From Utricularia gibba (taxonomy: Eukaryota > Plantae > Magnoliophyta): DNA of 64,000 nucleotides. Shown here piece after piece: positions 1 through 11,700 of the stretch. The notes under the pieces are model-generated. The model saw only the letters and a program-made list of their open reading frames with translations, was not told the origin of the DNA and made no database searches. The translations under genes and the position numbers were made by a program. Location of the stretch: contig NEEC01000012.1 in the NCBI GenBank assembly GCA_002189035.1, positions 3,224,001 to 3,288,000 of the forward strand. Reading direction: 5' to 3'. How positions within the stretch are numbered: the first letter of the stretch is position 1; each line of letters begins with the position of its first letter.

Positions 1-64
1 AACAACAGCAGCAACAACTCAACTTTTGTGACTAATGAAGCTTTTTATTTGGTGGGGTGGTTAC

Positions 65-1527
65 CCTCATCCCGAGGATCTTGATCAGCATCTTCACTAT
101 GTGGTACTCGATGATGCACTGGTAGGAAAGCTTCTTCTTGTTCATGACAGCCCTGGCATCCTGAACGTAGGATAAGGGATCTTGATGCAGGCGCAGCCGC
201 AGAGGAAGCAGGATGAACCCACCATGTTTCCCCATGTCTGCAAGTCTAGAGCTTTCCCATTGTGCATCACTTCGTGTGCGTCCTGTCCAGACACGGAAAA
301 CCCCTCTGAGAATGGCAGAGCAAGCATGAACACAGGTCGTCTAAAAGGATACGAACTTGAACTGTGGCAGATGGTCGCATGTTGAGAGCAGCTACGCCGC
401 GAATGCTCATGGATTCTAAAGAAGACCTGGCTGCCTTCTCTGGTAGAAGAAAGACATGTGGTTATTTCTGTCCCTGAAAAAGATGAACCAATTCCGGTGA
501 CTGCGTGCGTACCAGTTGATGGAGCTGCATTGCAGGAGGTGTGTCTCCTATGAACGTAATGACTGAGGGCGGCGTTGGTTATTCCGAACATCACATCGTT
601 AACAGTCTGAGAATGCGACAGAGAAAGAAAGAAATAAAGAAACAAAGACATGGATAACAGTTAAAGGGGAAGACAGTCAGTCAGCGTACTGTGTTCATTG
701 AATTCTTGATTAGCTTTACATCGTCCAAGTTGAGGACTTTGTGGACGAATCTCTTTGGGGAATGCTCGATTCCTTTGTCTCCTTTGATGGGATTCCAGTC
801 TTTCAGAATGAACACAGTAGCGACGAATTCCAGAGTATCCACCAAAGTGTAATGAACCATCAAGAAAAACCTCCAGATGACAGAAAAAAGCAAGTTGAGG
901 AACGCCCTTTTCTTCCCTGACTGAACTGGACGTTTTTTGCTTGCGGGGAGGACGGGGAGAGCTTCAGGGTCGGAGATTCTTCTCCCACAAGCTAAAAGGA
1001 CCGAAATCAGGGAAACCCCATCGCCTATTGAGTGATGGAGCTTCAGCACGGCGGTGGCGGCGGAGTTACTGGTTTTCACATTCAGAAGATAGAGTTCCCA
1101 GAGAGGTTTCGAGAGATCCATTGGAGTCCGCGCCACTTTTGTGATGAATTCGTCTACAAATTTGTCACCCTTTTCGTGTTCAATCTCCGGATCCAAATCC
1201 GGCACCAGCACATGATCGTCGATATTCACCTCCGTCGGCCGCCATGACATCTTATACTTGGCTTCATCCTCGAAAACCTGATAACAAAAACGTTGCAACT
1301 CACTCTGTAAAACAGGGGAAGCACAAAAACAGAGCACCCACTAGGAGACTAGAGAAGCGGGGATGCTTGGCGAGGCTCTGGGAGACGGAATGCTTGACCC
1401 AGTTGACATCCAAGCTGCAACTCAAACCCATGATTGTAATGACGTTGAGATTGAAATTGGGCGTATGCATGAGCCGGGAAAATGGGCTCGCAGGTACACA
1501 TTCCTCTTCTCCTTGAACTGCAACCAT
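65..1527 (-). CDS. WSD1: Wax ester synthase/diacylglycerol O-acyltransferase (WSD1-like), tandem copy 1; 3' end lies beyond window start
   Basis: Exons approx. 1527-1342 (MVAVQGEEECVPASPFSRLMH...HPRFSSLL), 1277-690 (LSKPLWELY, catalytic HHSIGDG), 606-512 (TVNDVMFGI), 439-357 (LNMRPS) and 282-65 (WGN...DPLSY..KKKLS), all GT-AG. One -1 frameshift at 216-217. Confidence 0.88.
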
Positions 1528-1570
1528 CTTATCTGCCTTTGAGTCTGATATGCATATAAGCAACAGCAGG

Positions 1571-1600
1571 AGCAGCAGCAGCAGAAGAAGAAGAAGAAGA
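1571..1600. repeat. Compound (AGC)n(AAG)n microsatellite in the 5' UTR/promoter of WSD copy 1
   Basis: agcagcagcagcagaagaagaagaagaaga read directly. Confidence 0.9.
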
Positions 1601-2123
1601 GGCGACCAGTGGTTATGTGGTTGGTTGGTGGACTTGCAGAAACTTTCAAACCCAGAAGTACAGTCTGATCGGAAAAGTGAAGTTATGGGCTTTCATTATC
1701 CATCACCATCTTCTCCATGCTACATGCACCACCTCAGTCTTTTAAAAAGGAAGGTTAAGATAATGATTCTTATGGATACAAAAAGGAAAGAAAAACGTGA
1801 ATGAATTGGGATTGGAGAAGCAGCCAAATGGATGGAAAATAACAGGCCTGGGATTAGTCTCCTCCTCCTCCTTGTGACTGCCATTAATGATGCCGCATGC
1901 TTTGTAGGAGAAGACGATGGAGTTTCGATTTGGAATTGAATGCTGTGGACATGACGGTAGGTAGCCATTTGGCGTCTACAGAGTTACAGATCAAGAGCAC
2001 GTGCCTACCGGAGAGTGCCAGAAAACTGGAGCATGCGGTGGAGGTTCACATTACAGATGGACGAAAAAGGAAAGAACAGGGGAACTATGCACACAACTAC
2101 TGCAACTGGTGACCTTTATATCA

Positions 2124-4260
2124 TCAACTCCCATCTGGTTTGCTCACCCCGTCGCCGCCGCTCATGCTCTTCACGACGGCCTCCTTTATAATTCGAAGGG
2201 AGTTCTGAAAATCCTCGCAGAGCTGATGAGGGTCAGGTATCACCGCCTCATCAATCGCCAGGAACACTATCAGCTTCTTCGCGTAGCTTTGGAAGTGGAT
2301 CACCAGTGGCTGAAAGCAACAATAAGAAAACAGAGACATGTGCATGGAACTGGTAACTGCCATTATTATGGAGGAGGAGGTACTCACCAGTGGGATTCCG
2401 GTGACCGTCGGTGCGAGGTAGGTGAGAGGATGTCCCAAGAAACTGATCTCATGCATCGGCCCGATCACGCTCGAAATCCCAAAGGTAATGTTTGATACAA
2501 ACATGTTCAGTAAAAGAGCTCCAGCCTGAAAGCACAGCGTAGTACCATGAAACAGTGTTGTAGCAGATTATCGACAGAAAGCAGATGGACACTCACGTTC
2601 ACTCCAAACAGGTAGATGACGAGCTTCATGAAGTAGTACTGGACGTGAGTTTGGAAGGAGAGCTTCTTCCTGTTCATCACAGCCTGCGCATCACGTATGT
2701 ACGACAGGGGGTCTTCTCTGGTGCACAGCTTCATTGGAAGTATGACGAAGCTCACTATGTTTCCCCACATCTTCACGTCGGCCATCTTTTTCTCCTTGCG
2801 TATCACCTCGTACGTATCCTGCCCACAACCAGAAACACAATGTCGAATGAAAAGAATCGTCTGAGATGGTACGGACTCGTCGGCGGTTTCTACTTCAACC
2901 GTAGGGGATGGCCGGAGATTGAACGGCGCAAGAGCCCGTATGCGAAGCTCTCTGAGGGGATGATGCTTCCTCTTCTGCTTCACATTTGCACCATTTTCTT
3001 CTTTCGTCCCACTGTCTCGGGTGCTACAAGAAACAATACAGGTAATAAGCACAATAAGATGTCCATTTTCTTCTTGCTCTAAAACAAAAACAGAAATCAA
3101 ATTTCATACTTAATTATACTATTAAAATTTCTAAAAATATAATCATTTTTATTATAAAAATAGCCCATTAAATAAATGCATGTGAAAAAGGTGATTAGTG
3201 AACGCCCTGGTTTTAGTAGAAGAGGAAGAAGAAGCCACGTCACCACATGTTCTTCTCTGGAGATAACTGGCGAGGGCCGCCTGAGTGATTCCGAGGAACA
3301 CGTCGTTAACTGTCTGAAAACATCAAGAAAGAGTGGGTTCGAGATCAGTTTCAGTATTTTGAGCGGAGGAGTAGAAGAAAGTACCGCTTTCAGGGCATTC
3401 TTAATCAGCTTAACGTCGTCGAAATCGAGGATACGGTGGACGTACGTCCTCGGGGAGTTTAGCTGCCGCATCCTCGCCGACGAGGCGTTGATCGGAGTGG
3501 CGGAGTCTTTTAAAAATACAAGTGTAGCCACGAACTCTACTGTGTCCCTTATCGTATAGTACGCGATCGAAAGCATTCTCCAAATGATGGTGATCATAAA
3601 TGAACATATTCCCTTGTCACGGTTACTCTTCTTGCTTCGCCGTTGAACTGTCGTGGGGAGAACCGGCAGAGCTTCGGGGTCGGAGAGTTTCCTGCCACAC
3701 GCTAAGAGAATCGACATGAGGGATACGCCGTCGCCGACAGAGTGGTGGATCTTGAACACGGCGGTGGCGGTAGAGTTGCTGGTTTTCACGTTCAGAATGT
3801 GGAGTTCCCATAAGGGCTTGGAGTGATCCATCGGGATATGCCCGATGCTCGATATGAACCCCGCCACGAACCCATCCCCTCGATCGGCCTCCGCCTCCAA
3901 ATCCAAATCCGGCACCAAGACATGCTCCTCGATGTTGGGTTTAGTCGGCTTCCACGACATTTTGAACCGCATCTCATCCTCCAAAACCTAACCCCACCAG
4001 GCGCAGAACGCCACCATGCTCGTCGAGGTTAGGTCTAGAACTTGAACTCAATTCAGAATTGCAGCAATATACATACTCACAAGGATGCTTGAGAAGCGAG
4101 GGTGCTTAAGCAAGGTTTGGGCGGCGACATGCTTGACAAACGCGACGTCGAGTGGAGTGCTGAAACCCATAACGACGATGATGCAGAGATTGAAATTGGG
4201 TGTATGCATCAGCCGTGAAAAGGGGCTTGCATTCTGCACTTCCTCATTCCCGTCGGCCAT
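2124..4260 (-). CDS. WSD1: Wax ester synthase/diacylglycerol O-acyltransferase (WSD1-like), tandem copy 2, apparently complete
   Basis: Starts MADGNEEVQNASPFSRLMH; contains HHSVGDG, TVNDVFLGI, LAPFNLRP, WGNIVSF...DPLSY..RKKLS, ISNITFGISSVIGP and LVIHFQSY...IPDPHQLC; stop at 2124-2126. Same exon layout as copy 1. Confidence 0.92.
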
Positions 4261-7200
4261 TCTCAGTCTATGCACCGGAGTTGGTCAGCCCGCCACCGCC
4301 TGATACCGTTATATAGGCGCCCCTTTCACCTAACAACAAGTTGCACCAGTGCCAATATGGTTTATTTGTAGTAATGTCTTCAATGATGTGAACTAGAAAA
4401 CTGTGATTGGTGGTTTCATCCCTGATTTGTGCATGATAATTTTTCGAAATTGCTTCTCTAAAATTGATTTTAGATGTGCATACTAAAGTGATCGACTGGC
4501 TTTCCCTATTCAATATGCTTCTCCTACCCAGAATTTATTGAGAACTCGCTCAGTGTTAAATGTGATGGAAGACCACTCGGGGATGGTCGTACTGTCTTCG
4601 ATGAAGCAGTTGTCTTTTTCACCGAGAAACGAGTTCCGGGGTCACCTTGAAGGCCAATGATCCACTCCCAAATCCACTTTCTCTCCCTTTCACTTGTTAT
4701 AACGGCTTCACGGTTTACTGCGTTGCCGCCAGGTCGTCTTCTCCGGCGGGCCTTGATTTCACGTAAAACCCAGTGCCCAATTCTTGCACAGAATGTCACA
4801 CTACGGACATTCGGAACCACCAGATTCCTTATTATTGCATAATGAAACCGACAAAAATTTCTCCTTTAAAAGACGATTCAGGGTGGAGTTGCTATCTGTC
4901 TTCATATCTTCCTCCATCACTGGAACATGTTCAGCCGAATAGCCCCAATATCAAGTCCTATCCTGTCAAATCCAGACATGGAGTTGTGGTATTGAGTGTT
5001 CACAAGATGGCATCATCAGAATGGTCATCATTTCAAGAGAGGGATACTCGGTGTTTTTCTCATCTCCATAACCAAAAGTCCATTATTTCAACATGCTGCC
5101 TGATAAAATCAGCCCACATTCGTTCCACAGTCGATCTGGGCGACCCATCCGCCCGATGTCTAGTTAAGAAACACAGCAACCATCAGTATTGATTTGATTG
5201 CACAAGGAATCAGAGGCGACGGTGGCGACGGCGTGCTCTGAATCCGATGCCCGCGCCGTCGCCATGGGATACATAGAAGATATCCAGAGATGGAGGCGAA
5301 TGATGCGAGCAGTTTAAAGTCAGGTGCCTAATCCCCATATCAGCAGCAGCAGCATCATGGAGCGAGCACATGGTTAGTTGCCCAAGCTGATGCATCACTC
5401 GCTTTACCCCGCCCCATTCGGAAATGAATCTTTTGATAAACATTTGTGTCCACGAGCAAATGTCCAAACGATTCCGTTTTTGTGTTTTAAATTTCAAACA
5501 GATGACATTGACACTGTCCCTCCCTCCCACCAAATAATTTTCACCCATCCAAAATCTAAAATATTGCAACTACCTACCCCAAAAGATAAGACTGGACACA
5601 AAGAAGAGACAAGTAATTAATATTTGATCATCAAATAATACCATATCTAAAAATTGAAATAATAAATACAAAATATTGTACATTAATAATAACCAATTAA
5701 ACTTTATCTTTTCAAATATGATCTAATGTGTTTTATATATTTCAATGTATTCACTCACTTATCAAATACTGAGTTTCAATAAGTTGCATTCAAACTAAAG
5801 CAATAACATAATAAAAGAAGAACGAACGTATTGTATTTGATATCATTATCAAGGTGAAATGATCATCTAAATAGCTTTTTTTCTAGAGCTTCACGATCAA
5901 TAATTTTAGAATCAATCTAAATTCTTACGATTTTACGTTTAATGTCATTTCCATACGAAAGAGTAAGTATGGTACATTACTTGATTTCTCAGCCGCCCGA
6001 TGGCAGTTCGATTTGGATTCCCTTTTAGACAGGGAGAAAAACACTTGACACTTCTCCTGTCGCCCCCATGCCTCGCTCCCCTCCATTTCTGATGCTTTAT
6101 TTCTCATAAACGGGAATCACTCTTCACCTAATCAAGCATATGCTCCGACATAACCAACCCACCAAATCATATTATGTAACAAGAAAATAAATTGCATCGC
6201 ATATGGATTACATCCTTCGTTATTCGAATCGGATTTGGGTTTGAATTATATGATTCAACTTAGTATTATATCGATTTTGCACTAATAGTTGTAACCACCA
6301 TTTGATCCATTTACTGTTTAATTAAATTACGATGAAATTTTTTATATATTTTTAAATAGTTTTATCAGCTCAATATATTCAATTAATTTCTTATTAAACT
6401 ATTAATAGTAAATTTTTTCCGATAATATCTCTGCTTTTACCTAAATGATATAATTAGTCACGAAAAACGTAATTTAAATCATATTCCGCACATTTACCCT
6501 CGTGGTCGCGGCGATATTGATTTATGTTTTTATTTTTTGGTTTCAAACAAACACCTCCTTTTCATTTCTGTGGTGTGAGACACATTCCACGTGGCACACA
6601 CATGATGGGTGTGGCGTTCGTTCGTACAACCATGAGTTGTAAGATTTGACCAAATATCGGTGCTGGAATTTATCATATAAAATAATAAATTATTTTCGTG
6701 GTGCTCATGTTTTGTTACATGAATATTAACACGTAATTAATTATATTTTCTTTTCTATTTTTTGTTGCTGATCTTGAAAGATGACGTGTCCGTGGATGAA
6801 TGATTGTTGGCTACCAACTGCGTGGTGTCTTAAATCCCAACTTCTCTATTATTATTCAACCATTTTTAAATTCTCTCAACTTAATTCTTGATCCCACAAA
6901 ACTATTCATTTAATTTAAAATATGATTTGGATAAATTTATATTTTACACATATATTTATTGAAAACAAATTAAAAAAATATGGGTTTATGTTAAATCCAT
7001 CTACCAAACGCATTTCAAATTTAAAATTTTCAATTATGTTTTATCTTATAAGTAAATTCCCAAACAATTTACCACCCCATTCTAAAGATTTGTGTTATTT
7101 CTATTTTATAACTGAAATGAATAATGTAGCAATGGGGAGTGGTTGGACATGAATTTAAGTGGTTGGTACAACAACAAATTGCCATGCCATCATCACATGT

Positions 7201-7811
7201 ATGTGCATACCACATCACATCCCCTCACTAAAATAATAAGATCATAATTTAGAAAATTGCTCATCTTTTTCACACATGGGTAAAAAAAATATTAATTTTT
7301 GTTGATTTAGTGGATGTTAGGGAAATTGGAGATAACTACTCTTCCAAATATATCATTGATTGATGTACTTGAATCGATTAATCGACGAATCGAATGGATT
7401 AGTCCGAATTTTAGACTTCTAATCTATCAACGAAAGATAATGTAGCATTTTTCTATAAAGATACACATTAGGAAAGAAAATTTAAAAATAATACACTTGT
7501 TGGATAGTGAAATAGAGACAAATGGATAATCATCCAATAAAAAAAGTATCAAAATTGCTCCTTTTTTAAAAAAAATATTTGCGCAAATAGATTTTTCTTT
7601 CTAAAAGAATCACATGCTTTAAAACTGAAAAAGAAAAAAAAAAACTCGACCACAAGGTGATTCTTACCAGGAATATCTTTGGTGTTAGTAGATATTTACA
7701 GGATGGTGGTATAAATGCGTCCCATCCCATGGCCATGAGATGATTCACAGGTCTCCTCCCGAGCCGGAGCCAGGGAAAATTCAGACTCCTCAGCTGTGTC
7801 GTGACCTACAT

Positions 7812-8215
7812 ATGAGCGGCTGGGGTTCCATGAGGTACGGGCGGCGGTTCACCGGCCATGGCAGGTCGAGTGTCGGTAGGCTCCTGCGTATGGTGATTGT
7901 GATAGCGGTGGTAATGGCGCTGTCCCCGACGGCTGCGGTGGCGGACGGGGTTCTTGAGGGAGTCAGGCGGTTTGTGGCCGTACTCGTTTCCCGGAACTGT
8001 GTCTTGAATCGCTCTCGGAGTCGGCCGCGGCTGTCCCCGGCGGGGATCCGGTACACATGTCCGTGAACTTCACGCTTCAGAGATTTGGGCAGGCGCTGTA
8101 CGCGGCTTCTGATATTAGCAACGACTTTGAGATGGATGAGAAGGTCAGGGCTGCCTACGAGGACTGCCTTGAGCTCCTCGACCACTCCGTGGAACTACTC
8201 TCGCGATCTCTCTCC
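7812..8215 (+). pseudogene. 5' part of exon 1 of a PMEI-PME pectin methylesterase (PME34/PME61-like), cut by the Copia insertion
   Basis: TM segment (MVIVIAVVMALSP) followed by a PMEI start: CGRTRFPELC...HMSVNFTLQRF...VRAAYEDCLELLDHSVELLSRSLS. Needs one extra T at 7971-7973. The frame ends in TGA, the first LTR triplet. Start could be the ATG at 7812 or 7830. Confidence 0.85.
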
Positions 8216-8605
8216 TGATGTCGAGTGAGGACGAATATGAGATAAACCAGCAGCAAACTGTGAGAAATGTGGAGGACCCAGAACAGGAAAATACGAATGT
8301 GTTGAGAGATAACGGGAGGAAGAAGAAGAAGATCTGTCAGCAACTCGGACTGATTATACTGGACAGCAAGATCAGAAGATGGGCCACCAACAAAGATCTT
8401 GCTACTCATCCACTTCAAGAAAATGGCCCAACATGATGATATGGCCCAACGTGCTGAAGTCAATATTGTTGGAAGTCGTAGTGAGCAACGGCTAATCCCT
8501 AGAAGTAGGCGACCGTTGCTAAAGAACTATAAATATGTGTACTCTTGCATAACATTAAAATATATCTGTTCTACAACCCTCACACATCGATATAAACTGC
8601 TATCA
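8216..8605 (+). repeat. 5' LTR (390 bp)
   Basis: Matches 13171-13560 except A8332 vs G13287; TATAAA at 8528-8533. Confidence 0.97.
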
Positions 8606-8623
8606 TGGTGAACCCGACGTGAA
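8606..8623 (+). promoter_or_regulatory. Primer-binding site complementary to the tRNA-Trp(CCA) 3' end
   Basis: TGGTGAACCCGACGTGAA directly abuts the LTR. Its reverse complement TTCACGTCGGGTTCACCA equals the recalled 3'-terminal 18 nt of plant cytosolic tRNA-Trp. Confidence 0.85.
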
Positions 8624-8737
8624 ACAAGCAGCTCAACATTGCTATCCTTCCAAACACGGTTTGCCACTCAAACACTACATCTAAAGGCTTCTTACCTTAC
8701 TCTATATTCTATCGCAGGTTCTCAAAAGAGTGTCATC

Positions 8738-11700
8738 ATGTCTGTAACAAACATATTACCTCCCATTTTTGACGGAAAGGAATACGATATTTGGGCGCCA
8801 AAAATGGAGATATATCTCCAACTTCATGGGCTCTGGAAAATAATAGCCACTGATCCAGTTTTTGAAGGAACACCTGAAGAAAAAACTGCAGCTGAAAAAG
8901 CTTATAGAGACAAAGAAATTCAGGCTGCAGCTGTGCTAGCCACAGCAGTGGTTGGAGATGCTTACAGGTGTATAACTCGAAGGTCTCCAAGAGAGGCGTG
9001 GCTTATGCTCGAGAAAACCTTTGAAGAAACAAAGGAAGACAAGCACAGGGAGATACAGAAACTATGGAATGAAGTTTACAACTTCAAAATTAGAGATGGC
9101 GAGGTAGCCACCAATGCAGAACAACTTCTCAAAAACCTGGAAAAACTAAAGCGCCTTGGAGAAGAAGTTGACTCCCGTGAAGAGCGCAAGCTTAAGGCCA
9201 GGATCATTCATAGTGCTCCGGCAGATTATGATGCTGTCGTTGAATCCTTGGAAGCAACCGGATTTCTAGAAACTCTGAGTCTGCAGCAACTGCTCCAACA
9301 CTTCAAAAATGTGGACAGCAGACGTAAATCTCGCAATGAAGAAAATCTATTAGAAGCTGCCTTCAAAGCATCACTTACTATAGCAGGTCCTAAAGGAGAA
9401 AATGGGACACAACAATATTCTGCACCAAGTTTCCTACCTGTCAAGAAAGAGAAAAAGGGGCCACATCCTCCTTGCCCATATTGCGCACAGAAAAACCACA
9501 TTCCAACGAACTGTTTTTGGCATCCTGAGGCTCATTGCGCAATCTGTTCAACCAAAGGCCATGTGGAGCGTGTGTGTCCCACCAAGAAATCATATGCCTC
9601 TACTTATGTTGTTGCTGCATCTTCTGAACATTCAAAAAACAAATCAATTCATGTATCTCCTGATGATTCAAATATGAAAGTGAAGTCTTCAGTTTATATC
9701 TTGTGCAGCAAGACTACTCTCTCTGATTTCACTGATCTACGACACAACACAATCTGGTTCATTGATTGCGCCTGCAGTAATCACTTGACCAACAACAAGT
9801 CTATATTCACAACATATACCCCAATATCAGGAAAAACTCTCACCATTGCTGATGGAACGCTCATTGCAGTTGAAGGTGTTGGATCAATCTGTCTGGAAAC
9901 TGAACAAAAACTCATCAAGATTACTAATGTATTCTATGTACCAAAGGCTTCTCACAACTTACTGAGTGCAGGACAACTAGCAGAATGTGGATATGAGTTG
10001 AATATAGAGAACAATATGTGCTTGTTGAAGGATTATGCTCACAATATTGTACTAAAAGTGCCCATGGTAAATCGCCTCTTTCCAGTTAACTGCATGACAA
10101 CTAATAGTAATTTCTGTCTTGCAGCTGTAAATACCTCTTTCCTATGGCACAAAAGATTAGGTCACTATCATGCAAGCCAACTCAGAACAGCGCAAACCCA
10201 AGGAGTTATACATGGCGTACCTCAATTAAAGGACTGGAATTTCCCGTGCAGTACCTGTCTATTTGGGAAAATGCACAAGAAGCCATTCAAGAATCGTACT
10301 GAAGTATCCGACTCTAAACTACAGCTAGTAGTCTCTGACGTATGCGGACCTATGCATGTTGAGACACCTGGTGGAAAGAAATTCTATGTCCTATTTATTG
10401 ATGACTACACCAAGCATATGTGGGTATATTTTCTTAAGCAAAAGTCTGAAGTGACTAAATACTTCAAGCAGTTCAAGATGATGGCAGAATTACAAAGCAA
10501 TTGTAGAATACTTACTTTGCATTCAGACAATGGCGGGGAATACAAATCATCCGAACTCCGAGACATCTGCAATGCAAGTGGTATAGTTCATCGGTTTACC
10601 GTTCCATATACCCCTCAACAAAATGGTGTTTGTGAAAGGAAAAATCAAACGATTATGAATATGGCTCGTTGCTTGTTATTGGAACACAACTTACCATTGC
10701 GCTTTTGGGAGAAGCTGTTAACACAGCGGTATTCCTATTAAATCGACTTCCCACCAAAGGAATACCTGAAGGAAAAACTCCACATGAACTGTGGTATGGA
10801 AAAGTCCCAGATCTACAGAATCTGAAAATCTTCGGATCCCTCTGCTATGTCCATATATCTAAAGAAAAACGCAGAAAGTTAGAGAATCATGCTCAAATGG
10901 GGGTCTTTATGGGATATTCGGACTCCTCTCAAATTTACAGAATATTTATTCCATCCAAACAATGTATAGAAGTTCAAAGATGTGCTGATGTTGTGGTTGA
11001 AGAAAGTCTGACCTATGACTGGCATAATATCTCTTCTACTCCTGAAAACGAAGCTGAATATTCCAGAGACATGCAACTCCTATTTCCTATCAATGCATCT
11101 GAAAATCTTACTGAAATGCACGAAGAGAATCTTGTCAATGAACTTCCTGAAACTAATACCACTATTACGAATAATTCCAATCTTGTTGGTGCAGAAACAG
11201 AGGACAACAATTATTTCAGACATCACTCAGAAAGGAATCAAGACATGCAAAGTAATGATCATATGCCATATCCTACTTCGTCGCAACAGCCTCAACATGG
11301 AGAAAGCAGAGAATCAGAATATCAATTCTCTTCATTACAAGAACAGGAGGAAAATACATCTCACTTCCAAAACTCTGAGCAAATTATATCTGAAAGACAT
11401 GATAACACAGAAAATATCTCAGAAGATTCAGCAAACAACTACAATTCCTATACACATCACTTTATGCTGCAGTCAGCCGATCATCTCATAGATGAAGAGC
11501 CTGCTAGAGGTTACTGTCCTCTTACTGAAGTCTATGACAGATCGCTTATGATTTGTGAACCTACCTCTCCCTTCGAAGCTCTCAATGATCCTGCATGGAA
11601 AACCTCAATGGATAATGAGTTACAGGCCATAGCAGAGCATCAAGTGTGGACAGCGGTGGATAAACCTCTCAATATTAAACCGTTGGGATTAAAATGGATT

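Noticed and set aside
4500-5570. Coding-looking stretches and several 60-140 aa ORFs upstream of WSD copy 2
   Set aside because: No recognisable domain in any frame and no consistent splice model; may be a decayed fragment but cannot be supported.
6028-6061. Imperfect hairpin GACAGGGAGAA...TTCTCCTGTC
   Set aside because: Short and bulged, with no CTRR end, TIR/TSD or known miRNA match; not enough for a Helitron or MITE call.
8218-8436. 72-aa ORF wholly inside the 5' LTR
   Set aside because: It is upstream of the LTR TATA box, so it is not on LTR-initiated RNA; only meaningful as the pol read-through in the 3' LTR.
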